A DNA stretch of 24,259 nucleotides from a virus. Taxonomy: Duplodnaviria; Caudoviricetes. Below are positions 15,561 to 23,417 of the stretch, piece by piece (the stretch's first letter is position 1; each line of letters opens with the position of its first letter). A model generated the notes under the pieces. The model was not told the DNA's origin. It did not search any database and worked only from the letters and a program-made list of their open reading frames with translations. The stretch is from IMG/VR virus record IMGVR_UViG_3300008255_000462, positions 1 to 24,259 of that record; one strand, written 5' to 3'. A program made the position numbers and the translations under genes.

Positions 15561-16512
15561 CTATAACCTCCTTATATAATTTATTCCAAGCCACTACTTC
15601 TTCATTTTTAACTCCACTTATTCTCTTAAATCTCTCAAGGGCTTTATAATATATTTTATCAAAGTCAAATCCCTTATTTTTTTCATAACAACTAAGCCAC
15701 CACATATATCTCTTTTGCATTTCTTTATCTTTTGGAATTGGTTGTGGATTGTTAGCTCTAATATTTTTCTCTCTATCAGTTAGAGGAACTTGATTATCAT
15801 CTAATAGATATGATTCAATTCCAGATGAAAGAGAACCAAGGTGCATATATCCACACTCACCATCAAAAATACCCAATTTAGCCTCCTTATTATAAAAATC
15901 ATCTGGAGAACAATGGTATTGAGGGATCTCTAAAATATTACTGGTTAAACGTCTAAGCTGAACAGACATCCAACAAAATGTATCCCCCCAATCAGTTGGA
16001 TCAAAGTTTCTATCAGTTTTAAGTAATAGTTCCTTATGAGTAAATAAAAAACAAGGCCAGAAGTTTGGTCCTCTATCACCCCATCCCTCATAATTAAGAT
16101 TGAATTCTTCCTTTAGTTTTTGTGCTACTTCTGCTGAACAACTCATTCTAGGTGATCCAAGTACATCATACGTATCCAATAGATTAAAATATTTAGTGAC
16201 AATCCCTTTTTTAAAGATAATTGAGTCATCTTCTAATAATAGAACATCACCCTTTGGAGAACATTCGAGTAATAGATTTAGTGGTTTACCATAACCAAGT
16301 CTTTGATTTAGGTATATAAACTTTACTTTTTTTGGAAATCTACTAATAAGATCTAGCACAACTTTCTTCTCCATCGTGGAGTTTAATGCTATCCATAATT
16401 CATCAACTTCATCATGCCATACTGTTTCATAGTAATGTAATGCATTGAGTAAACAATATGGATCTCCACTTGAGGTCATGAAGGCTGATCTTAGATTTTT
16501 TTGTTTGTCCAT
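15538..16512 (-). CDS. Divergent GT-A glycosyltransferase (paralog 2)
   Basis: VDELWI, GYGKPLN, GDVLLLEDDSII, TYDVLGS, NFWPCFLFTHKELLLKT, GDTF and YMHLGS. Start is probably ATG 16512. Confidence 0.72.
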   Translation of the reverse strand: MDKQKNLRSAFMTSSGDPYCLLNALHYYETVWHDEVDELWIALNSTMEKKVVLDLISRFPKKVKFIYLNQRLGYGKPLNLLLECSPKGDVLLLEDDSIIFKKGIVTKYFNLLDTYDVLGSPRMSCSAEVAQKLKEEFNLNYEGWGDRGPNFWPCFLFTHKELLLKTDRNFDPTDWGDTFCWMSVQLRRLTSNILEIPQYHCSPDDFYNKEAKLGIFDGECGYMHLGSLSSGIESYLLDDNQVPLTDREKNIRANNPQPIPKDKEMQKRYMWWLSCYEKNKGFDFDKIYYKALERFKRISGVKNEEVVAWNKLYKEVIDDKQTED

Positions 16513-17510
16513 ACCTCTGGTGCTTTCTTGTTTGGTAATTCTAGTTTGTCTAAATAGATAAATTCTTGAGGGCCTTGTTCTTTTGCCCACTTTGCCATTC
16601 TTTCAATTCCTTCTTCTAAGGTATATTTATCTTCGTATCCAAGAATTTCACGTGCTTTTTTAGTATTACAATAAGCCATTTTAACTTCGTGAGGTCGTTC
16701 TTCTATATGTTCGGGAACAAGATCACTATTCATAGCTTTTAAGACGATTTTAGACAGCTCATTGACTGTAACTGGTCTTTCTGGACCGATGTTGAATGTT
16801 TCTCCAGATACTTCATCAGTCATTGCTTTTACAAAGCAGGGCAAGATATTCTTTATATAACTAAAAGCTCTAACCTGAGTACCATCACCATAAATTAATG
16901 GTGCTTTTCCTTGCATGATTCTATTCATGAAAATACCAGCCACGTTTCTATATGGATCTGAAAGATTCTGTAGCTCACCAATTATATTGTATGGTCTAAA
17001 AATTACATACTCCATATCATGGACATCTCCAAGAATTTTAAGAACTTCTTCTGAAGCACGCTTATTAACTGCATATATATCAATTGGTTTTGGGTTCATA
17101 TCTTCTGTAAATGGTGGAACTTGATCTCCATAAACAGCAATGCTTGAAGTAAATATTATTCTCTTAATCTTATATTTAATTGCCGAGGTAAAAACATTAA
17201 CTGCTGACTGTAGATTGTTCTCAGTAGCACTAACTGGTGTAAATTGGCTTCTTGATTCTGTAGCATCTGCTGAAAAGTGAAAGACTATATCTGGTCTTTC
17301 CATATAGAAAATGTTATCCATCCTCTGCTTATTACGACAATCAGCATGATAAAACTTAGTTGATTTTAAGATATTATTTTGATTACCCCAACTAAGGTTA
17401 TCAACACCAACAACCTCATATCCAAGAGAGGTTAGTTCTCTTTCTAAATTAGCTCCTAAGAAGCCAGCAGAGCCAGTTATTAATACTTTTTTTATATCTT
17501 TTTCAGCCAC
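16491..17510 (-). CDS. NAD-dependent NDP-sugar epimerase/dehydratase (extended SDR, GalE-like)
   Basis: VLITGSAGFLG, VGVDNLSWG, FTSSIAVYG, YAVNK (YxxxK), FRPYNIIG and IYGDGTQVRAFSYI. Likely GTG start at 17510 with SD AAGAGGG. Confidence 0.93.
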   Translation of the reverse strand: MAEKDIKKVLITGSAGFLGANLERELTSLGYEVVGVDNLSWGNQNNILKSTKFYHADCRNKQRMDNIFYMERPDIVFHFSADATESRSQFTPVSATENNLQSAVNVFTSAIKYKIKRIIFTSSIAVYGDQVPPFTEDMNPKPIDIYAVNKRASEEVLKILGDVHDMEYVIFRPYNIIGELQNLSDPYRNVAGIFMNRIMQGKAPLIYGDGTQVRAFSYIKNILPCFVKAMTDEVSGETFNIGPERPVTVNELSKIVLKAMNSDLVPEHIEERPHEVKMAYCNTKKAREILGYEDKYTLEEGIERMAKWAKEQGPQEFIYLDKLELPNKKAPEVWTNKKI

Positions 17511-18433
17511 AAATAGTACCCTCTTAGTTCTTCTATATACTTTAACCATTGTTCTTTAGATACATTAAAATCATTTAACACTGGCCAATATTCTTTACTC
17601 CAATCCTCTTTAGCCATTTCATCATATAGCCATTGCCAAGATAAAAGCCTCATTACCTCTGTAAATGGCATTGTACTTTTACGTCTATCATAAGCATCTC
17701 TTTGAACTTTAAACTCTTTTAACATTGAAAGTCCAACACTAGAGTTTCTAATGTGGTAATATCCAAGATCTTTTAGTTTGTCATGAGGAGAGGACCACTT
17801 ATATGCAGGGCCATCCAACCAAGTATCTTTACTAAACTCAAAGTTTTCATCCATTCTAAGAGTATTTCTATCATCTTCAAACTCCTTATATGTTGCACCC
17901 TTCTTCATAATTTCATGAGTAACCAATCCCATTGAATCATATTTTCCAAGTACTGGAGTAAAGTCTATTCCCTTAATTAATTCTGTTTTAATAAAAGTCA
18001 TATATGGAGTAAATCTTCTTCTAACCCCACGATTTTCATTAGCCTTAAACAAATTAAACTCTTCTTCTAATGGCAAAGTAGCTGAATTATCTAATATGCC
18101 AGCTACATCATAAGTCTCTAATGCTTTAAAGCCCTTTTTAACTACTTCTGGATCGTAGACTAGAATGTCTGGATCTAAATAAAGAATAGCATCTTCTTTC
18201 ACCATGTCGGTTAACTTGTTTAGATAATACCAATGAGACTGCATATCTTCGTTAAGTACAGTTACATTATCTGGTAAATTATCAAACTCCCAACCGCCAT
18301 TAGCTAAATAAAAATGGTCTATTTGATCTGACCATTTTGCTACTTGCTCAAAGAATACTTTTCCCTGAGTTTTATATTGTTTGTCTGTTCTTGGAAAATA
18401 TTGAAAAAATACTAATATACATGCTTTTGTCAT
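17492..18433 (-). CDS. Divergent GT-A glycosyltransferase (paralog 1)
   Basis: IDHFYL, DAILYLDPDILV (DxD), TYDVAG, RFTPYMTFIKTELIK, YDSM and YYHIRN. Confidence 0.7.
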   Translation of the reverse strand: MTKACILVFFQYFPRTDKQYKTQGKVFFEQVAKWSDQIDHFYLANGGWEFDNLPDNVTVLNEDMQSHWYYLNKLTDMVKEDAILYLDPDILVYDPEVVKKGFKALETYDVAGILDNSATLPLEEEFNLFKANENRGVRRRFTPYMTFIKTELIKGIDFTPVLGKYDSMGLVTHEIMKKGATYKEFEDDRNTLRMDENFEFSKDTWLDGPAYKWSSPHDKLKDLGYYHIRNSSVGLSMLKEFKVQRDAYDRRKSTMPFTEVMRLLSWQWLYDEMAKEDWSKEYWPVLNDFNVSKEQWLKYIEELRGYYLWLKKI

Positions 18434-19443
18434 AAGTTTTTTAGGAAGTTATCCCAACCCTTCATTGTTTTTGATCTATCAAATAAAGCTATTGCTGTTT
18501 TTCTAGCGTTATCAGATATCTGAGCTCTTAAAGTAGATCTATTTAACAGCATCTTAACATACTCTCTAAGCTCTTTAACACTATCGCTGACAAATCCGTT
18601 ATATCCATTTTTAATGATATCTGGTATTTCATATGAATGTTGGTTTTCAAATATTTTATGACATCCATGTAAATCTTCACCTAGAGCTACGATTGGTACT
18701 CCCATCATCATCATCTCAATAAATGTTAGGGTATATGATGCTGGAACAGTTCCAGTATATATGGCAACATCAGCTCTTTTATAACTTTCCTTTAGCTCTT
18801 CAAAAGATAAAACTCCATCTGACCAATCTGTATCTTCATTTCCAGGACCATACATAACTCTTGGATAGCCCTTGGTTATTTCATCAGCAACTTCATAATT
18901 AAGAAATTTACCCCTAGATTTAAATGCTTGGCCATATAGATGAACTTTATTATTTCCACCTGTCCAGCCAATATATTCTCTTGGATCTACTCCAAATCTA
19001 ATAACATCATCTGTTCCAGCATATCTAGGAATTCTATCTTCATATGGTGAATATCTAACAATTTTAAGTCCTTCTGGCTTCATATGTTTGGCCATAACTT
19101 CCCATTCTTGTATTGATTGGCCTATTGATCTCCAAACTGTTTTAATTCCTCTTTCTCTAATTCTTACCCAATTAGATTTTAACCAATCTAACCGATGCAT
19201 ACAGATAATTACATCTGCCCAATCTAGTAGTTCATCATGGATATTATCTTTAGAACACTGGAGAGCTATATCGTTTAGGCGTTGGTTGAATGGAATTGGT
19301 AGAGGGTTTCTCTTTGGATCTCCAGGTTTCTCTGGATTCTGGTAAGCACCACCAAGTGAAAATACATTATGGCCTAACTCATGAAAAATTGAGAGTTCAG
19401 CTTCTTCTAATATTGAATGGCATGATAAATACAAAATGTTCAT
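18430..19443 (-). CDS. GT-B fold (GT4-like) glycosyltransferase
   Basis: MNILYL..LGHNVF, WADVII, SYKRADVAI, YTLTFIEMMMMGVPIV, IIKNGYNGFVSD and ISDNARKTAIALF. Confidence 0.88.
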   Translation of the reverse strand: MNILYLSCHSILEEAELSIFHELGHNVFSLGGAYQNPEKPGDPKRNPLPIPFNQRLNDIALQCSKDNIHDELLDWADVIICMHRLDWLKSNWVRIRERGIKTVWRSIGQSIQEWEVMAKHMKPEGLKIVRYSPYEDRIPRYAGTDDVIRFGVDPREYIGWTGGNNKVHLYGQAFKSRGKFLNYEVADEITKGYPRVMYGPGNEDTDWSDGVLSFEELKESYKRADVAIYTGTVPASYTLTFIEMMMMGVPIVALGEDLHGCHKIFENQHSYEIPDIIKNGYNGFVSDSVKELREYVKMLLNRSTLRAQISDNARKTAIALFDRSKTMKGWDNFLKNL

Positions 19444-20562
19444 TTAAAATCCTTGTTCTCTATATATTTCTTCTATTCTATCCTTCATTAAGTTTCCAAC
19501 CGTTTTAAAGTTAAACTTTTCTCTTACTTCTTTTCTACCACGAAGTGCACAATTTTTGGCTTCATCTCTATTAGTATAAACATGTCTCATTTTTTGTCTT
19601 AACTCAGTTTCATCTATTTCTGCCCACTTATTTCCAGGACAATTATATTGTTCAGCCCAACTCATTCCAAAAACATCTATTAGTTTATATCCAACCTTAT
19701 ACATTCCACTATCTGAAATCCACTCATGAACTCCACCAATATTAGTACTAATAACAGGTTTAGCATGTACTAGAGACTCTGCTATAGGAATACCCCAACC
19801 CTCAAACCTATGAGTAAATACCATTGCATCATAACTTTCATATAATTCATGAACTTCTTTAGATGTTAATAAATAGTCAATGATTAGTGTGTTTGGATAT
19901 CTTTCCTGTTTAAATTCTTTTTTCCACTCTTCTATTTGATTATAAATCTTATCTGTTTCATGTTTTTCAAATCCCAACCCATATGTTTTTATAACCAGAG
20001 TTACATCAACATCATTCTCAAATTCTTTCCAATAGGCCTTTAAAAGAGCTTTTGGGTTCTTTCTTTCTGTCCATTGGAATACAGATCCAAAAATAAACCC
20101 TCTAGCATGTTCAATTTGCTTTGGTTTTTCATCTCTATTTACCTCAAGTGGTTGAGGAAACTTAAAGATCTTTCCAACAAACCCCATTTCTTTAAATGTA
20201 TTAACATTAGCTTCACATCCAGTCCATATCTCACGAACTTCGTTTAAATACCATGCCCACTTATCACTCATTCTGGTTGTTTCCCAAAACAAGTGGCCAA
20301 TATTATATTTACCTACTTCTTTATGTTTTTGATATACATTTGGGGTTATATGGAGAACTTTGATTGGATAGTTTCCATGTTTATTTTGTCTTAATTTTGC
20401 TATATTAAATTGATTTCCATAATCGGTTTGATGGTTAGCATATACTTGCAATTCGGTTACAAGATCAACATTGGTTTCACTAATGGCTTGAATTATGTTT
20501 CTATTTGCTTGTGCATATCCTGAAGCCTCAGCCCAAGGACCGCTATATTTTATTGATACCAT
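19444..20562 (-). CDS. GT4-family glycosyltransferase
   Basis: SGYAQANR, FWET, VFQWTERKNPKALLKAYWKEF and HRFEGWGIPIAESLVHAKPVISTNIGG (Ex7E). Start moved to ATG 20562. Confidence 0.92.
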   Translation of the reverse strand: MVSIKYSGPWAEASGYAQANRNIIQAISETNVDLVTELQVYANHQTDYGNQFNIAKLRQNKHGNYPIKVLHITPNVYQKHKEVGKYNIGHLFWETTRMSDKWAWYLNEVREIWTGCEANVNTFKEMGFVGKIFKFPQPLEVNRDEKPKQIEHARGFIFGSVFQWTERKNPKALLKAYWKEFENDVDVTLVIKTYGLGFEKHETDKIYNQIEEWKKEFKQERYPNTLIIDYLLTSKEVHELYESYDAMVFTHRFEGWGIPIAESLVHAKPVISTNIGGVHEWISDSGMYKVGYKLIDVFGMSWAEQYNCPGNKWAEIDETELRQKMRHVYTNRDEAKNCALRGRKEVREKFNFKTVGNLMKDRIEEIYREQGF

Positions 20563-20563
20563 T

Positions 20564-20797
20564 TTAAACAATCCTAGTTTTAAAAGTTTTTCTTTCTTGT
20601 TGTTTAGTGTTGCTTTTAACCTGTATTTGACTGGTTGTCTTAGTTTGATACTGAGCTCCTCTATCATATTCAGGATAGTATTTTTTAACTTCAAACTGTT
20701 TCTTCGTAATTTGAATTGCACCCATTGATAACATTGATTCAAGCATTTTATCAGGTATTTCTTTAGCTCCACCCCTAGTGTTGACAACATATTTCAT
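20564..20797 (-). CDS. Hypothetical basic protein
   Basis: 77 aa; abuts both neighbours. Confidence 0.65.
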   Translation of the reverse strand: MKYVVNTRGGAKEIPDKMLESMLSMGAIQITKKQFEVKKYYPEYDRGAQYQTKTTSQIQVKSNTKQQERKTFKTRIV

Positions 20798-21142
20798 TTA
20801 AACTCTTTCTAATGTAATTTTATATTTAGAGTCTTTCCCATATTTATCTTTAAATAATTTCCATTTTAGTCTCCAAATTCCTGTTTCATATCCTTTGACT
20901 TCAACAAACTCTATTAAACCATCTAAATGAGTAATAACAAAGTCTATAGCATAATTACATATTCTAGTACCATTTTCACCAAATAGCTCTATCTTCTTTT
21001 CATATTCCCAAGATTTTATTTCTTTATCCTTGAGTCTTTGATCTAGATACATAGCATATTTTACTTCAGCTTTTGATCTATAACTTCTGCTTTTATAGGT
21101 TTGTTTTACTGAATTAGTATATCTCCAATTAAAATTACCCAT
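20798..21142 (-). CDS. DUF1064-like PD-(D/E)xK endonuclease
   Basis: YRSKAEVKY, YAIDFVI, FVEVKGYET..WRLKWKLF. ATG 21142 is preferred to TTG 21151. Confidence 0.8.
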   Translation of the reverse strand: MGNFNWRYTNSVKQTYKSRSYRSKAEVKYAMYLDQRLKDKEIKSWEYEKKIELFGENGTRICNYAIDFVITHLDGLIEFVEVKGYETGIWRLKWKLFKDKYGKDSKYKITLERV

Positions 21143-21329
21143 TTTTTTCAACTTCTTCTCTAAGTTTTTCTAACTCTTCAACGGTAAGATCTTTGGTATT
21201 ATGCCACATCTGCCAACAAGATTGTCTAGTTCCACCAACCTTCTTAGCTATTTCTGTAAATGACCAACCTTGATTCTTTAGTTTTACAACCTCGATTCTT
21301 TTATCAAAGTTCATACAATCTGTTCTCAT
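21135..21329 (-). CDS. Helix-turn-helix protein
   Basis: VVKLKNQGWSFTEIAKKVGGTRQSCWQMW. Confidence 0.8.
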   Translation of the reverse strand: MRTDCMNFDKRIEVVKLKNQGWSFTEIAKKVGGTRQSCWQMWHNTKDLTVEELEKLREEVEKNG

Positions 21330-21355
21330 ATTGTTCTTTCTTTTTTAATACTTAG

Positions 21356-21388
21356 TTCCGCCTCCCAAATAGCAGGTGAGAAGCGGAA
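21356..21388 (-). other. Intergenic hairpin without a U-tract
   Basis: TTCCGCTTCTCA-N9-TGGGAGGCGGAA, a 12-bp stem with 2 G.U pairs on the minus strand. Confidence 0.6.
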
Positions 21389-21394
21389 TGAATG

Positions 21395-21667
21395 TTAAAA
21401 TGGAATATCGTCTGCAATTCTCTCAGCACTATATTCTTGTGATTTATTAATACCCAAGGCTTCTCTTGCTGTTCCAAGATTATCATCTTCATTAACTACA
21501 TCATATGCTTTAAAGTCTGGTCTAGCTTGATTATCTCCCTTATCATTTGAAAAGAAGTTAATACTCTCTCCCTCTTTAATATCTCTAGATGCTTTAAATC
21601 CTAGGTATGTATTACCGTTTTTATCTTTTTTCTTCCAAATTGCTCCATGATTAATATATTTTTTCAT
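21395..21667 (-). CDS. SSB-like protein (DUF736-like fold with DDIPF tail)
   Basis: GAIWKKKDKNGNTYL, NDKGDNQARPDF and the acidic SSB-type C-terminus ADDIPF. Adjacent to the annealase. Confidence 0.7.
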   Translation of the reverse strand: MKKYINHGAIWKKKDKNGNTYLGFKASRDIKEGESINFFSNDKGDNQARPDFKAYDVVNEDDNLGTAREALGINKSQEYSAERIADDIPF

Positions 21668-21679
21668 TTTTATCCCTTT

Positions 21680-22087
21680 CTAGTGGATTTGTTCTTTATA
21701 TTTTGCTCCTACTGGTGTTTTAAACTCTACTGGTGCATCAACTATTCTAACTCCTTCATCTAATTCATCACCTGTAAATTGAGTTCCATAACCACATAGA
21801 GCTAATGCTCTTCCAATTGCTCCAGTTTCAGCTTTTTCTAAGTAATCACTAAAACTAATTTTATTCTCTGATTTATGCCCTTGAGCTAATATCTTTCCAT
21901 CTTTATCTCTAATAGTAGCTTTCATTTGAACTGCTCCTGGTGCTGAATTAGCAATTTCAGTTTCAATTCCCCAATCTTGATGTTCTGATCGCATCCAAAA
22001 GATACGCCATTTTACTTCTAAATAGTCCTTACCTTTTAACTTAATTAGTTTCTCTTCTGGTTTAAATTTAATTGTTGATGTGTTCAT
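21680..22087 (-). CDS. ssDNA-annealing protein, Rad52/Sak-like
   Basis: LKGKDYLEVKWRIFW, ATIRD..G.ILAQGH and YLEKAETGAIGRALALCGYG. Confidence 0.75.
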   Translation of the reverse strand: MNTSTIKFKPEEKLIKLKGKDYLEVKWRIFWMRSEHQDWGIETEIANSAPGAVQMKATIRDKDGKILAQGHKSENKISFSDYLEKAETGAIGRALALCGYGTQFTGDELDEGVRIVDAPVEFKTPVGAKYKEQIH

Positions 22088-22395
22088 TTTTCCTTTCTTA
22101 TTGTAAATACTAAGTTTGCTGGTGCTGTCTCTTGTTTGGCAACTCCAGATATTTCTTCCTCTTTTTTCATGTAGTTTAATTTTTCTTTAATTTGTTTCTC
22201 TTTCATAATAAGATCATTAGAGTAAACCCATTTTGGCCTACCGTTTCTTAGTTCAAATCTTCCCCATTCTGTATCTAGCTTTTCACCTTCTTCATCAAAT
22301 ACCAAGCTAGTAACATCAGCTTTTAGATTATTAATCTCTTGTTCAGCATTAAATATTATTTGTTTTAGTTCAGCGTATCGTTTTAATTTATTCAT
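22084..22395 (-). CDS. Hypothetical protein (coiled coil plus beta; possibly Gp157/Gam-like)
   Basis: YAELKQII..AEQEINNLK, TEWGRFEL and KWVYS; lies just upstream of the annealase. Confidence 0.6.
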   Translation of the reverse strand: MNKLKRYAELKQIIFNAEQEINNLKADVTSLVFDEEGEKLDTEWGRFELRNGRPKWVYSNDLIMKEKQIKEKLNYMKKEEEISGVAKQETAPANLVFTIRKEK

Positions 22396-22594
22396 CTTGA
22401 CTCCTTTCTACAATATCAATAGATTCTAATATTCCATTGGTGTAACCTTGAGCTTTTGTATAGTGTGCATAATTAACAGAATATTTACCAAGGTCTTTGG
22501 TATCAGTATCTTCATATTCTTTCTTTGCAAAATATTCTTTAATCTCAGCAGTTTTTAATTCTTTTTTTAGTTCTTTGAGAATCTTTGATTTCAT
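22388..22594 (-). CDS. Hypothetical 68 aa protein, first gene of the leftward operon
   Basis: True start is ATG 22594 (MKSKILKELKK) with SD GAAAGGA. The track's TTG start is the -35 hexamer. Confidence 0.75.
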   Translation of the reverse strand: MKSKILKELKKELKTAEIKEYFAKKEYEDTDTKDLGKYSVNYAHYTKAQGYTNGILESIDIVERSQDE

Positions 22595-22616
22595 ATTTTC
22601 CTTTCTTTCTTCATCT

Positions 22617-22645
22617 AGTATCTCTTTATTTAATGTAATTGTCAA
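22617..22645 (-). promoter_or_regulatory. Leftward sigma70-type promoter
   Basis: TTGACA-N17-GATACT, preceded by TGCTTAATTTACCTA. Confidence 0.8.
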
Positions 22646-22665
22646 TAGGTAAATTAAGCATTAAA

Positions 22666-22733
22666 GAACCCCCAGTAAGAGAAAGTTTGGAAAAATGAAA
22701 AAAGGACTCTTCGTTTTTATATACTGAGGGTTC
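22666..22733 (-). ncRNA. Candidate small RNA: stem with a pyrimidine-rich anti-RBS loop
   Basis: 12-bp stem GAACCCTCAGTA/TACTGGGGGTTC with a 44-nt loop containing TCCTTTTTTCATTTTTCCAAACTTTCTC. TATACT lies at 22742-22747. Confidence 0.45.
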
Positions 22734-22762
22734 AAAAATTGAGTATACACTATTATTAAACG

Positions 22763-22789
22763 AAAAACCCCTCACAAATTGTGAAGGGT
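22763..22789 (-). terminator. Intrinsic terminator
   Basis: ACCCTTCAC-AATTT-GTGAGGGGT followed by TTTT. Confidence 0.8.
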
Positions 22790-22840
22790 ACGTAACTTAA
22801 TACGAATGAATTTTGGGTTTATACCTATTAAGATTTTTGT

Positions 22841-22869
22841 AAATTACCTAATAATATTTGATATGTCAA
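22841..22869 (-). promoter_or_regulatory. Possible leftward promoter overlapped by TACCTA sites
   Basis: TTGACA-N17-TAATTT. Confidence 0.5.
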
Positions 22870-22879
22870 TAAGAAATAT

Positions 22880-23240
22880 TTTTTTGATAGGAAAGAATGT
22901 ATGAGTTATAGACTCCCCTTTAATAGATATATACTCTAATTTAGTGACATATCTTAATCGTTTAATCAGTTTTATCTCTGACGATGGCAGATCAAACAGT
23001 TAAAAGCACCTTACTCTCATTGTTTATGTAGCGGTTGCTTCTAATCTTCCCCTGGCCCTGTTTAATCTGTGACCAAGCATAATGTTAATTTTCTTGCCGA
23101 TGGTGTGCGAGTACGGCTCTCGGTGTCCTTTTTACCCTAGACTTGGGAATGTTCTAGTTATGTTATTAACTAGGTGTAGAGGTGATGTCAGCTTGCCCAG
23201 CTTTATACTAACCTCTACACTTAATCAACAACTATTAAAG
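22880..23240 (-). ncRNA. Candidate long structured non-coding RNA / origin region
   Basis: No credible ORF, visibly richer in GC than the flanks, and a long hairpin at 23161-23230 (GTGTAGAGGT/ACCTCTACAC core). Lies downstream of an attenuator. Confidence 0.4.
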
Positions 23241-23243
23241 TAC

Positions 23244-23314
23244 AAAAAAACCGCTATATTCTGGCAAGCTTAAAACAAGCTTTGGCAAGCATTGACTTAC
23301 CAGAATAAAACGGT
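23244..23314 (-). terminator. Long-stem attenuator terminator with regulatory sites in its loop
   Basis: ACCGTTTTATTCTGGTAAG ... CTTGCCAGAATATAGCGGT followed by a T run. Confidence 0.75.
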
Positions 23315-23319
23315 CTGTT

Positions 23320-23412
23320 TTACTTGTTTTAAAAGACCCCCGCTTGCCTATGGGGTTTGAGTATTCTCTCAAAATATTATTTTAAGTCGCAGTCTATCCA
23401 AATGGGCGACTG
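23320..23412 (-). ncRNA. Structured leader / antisense-type RNA (C4/CI-like architecture)
   Basis: Hairpins AGTCGC/GCGACT, TTTGAG/CTCAAA and ACCCC/GGGGGT with loop GGCAAGC. GGCAAGC and TTAAAACAAG are complementary to sites in the downstream terminator. Confidence 0.55.
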
Positions 23413-23417
23413 TAATT

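Noticed and set aside
2491-20728. Other short plus-strand ORFs, and nested minus-strand ORFs 3010-3273 and 6796-7035
   Set aside because: They lie on or opposite well-supported coupled minus-strand genes and have no independent signals.
20563-20790. 76-aa N-terminal extension of the GT4 ORF from a TTG start
   Set aside because: It overlaps the 20564-20797 gene almost entirely. GT-like sequence begins at MVSIKYSGP, right after that gene's stop.
22595-22645. TTG start for the 85-aa ORF
   Set aside because: The TTG is the -35 hexamer, and ATG 22594 has a strong SD.
22695-22727. Plus-strand mini-ORF MKKGLFVFIY
   Set aside because: Only 10 codons with no plus-strand promoter. It is better explained as the complement of the anti-RBS loop.
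23082-23273. 63-aa plus-strand ORF in the control region
   Set aside because: No SD, atypical composition, and it lies antisense to hairpins whose G.U pairs and U-tract favour the minus strand.
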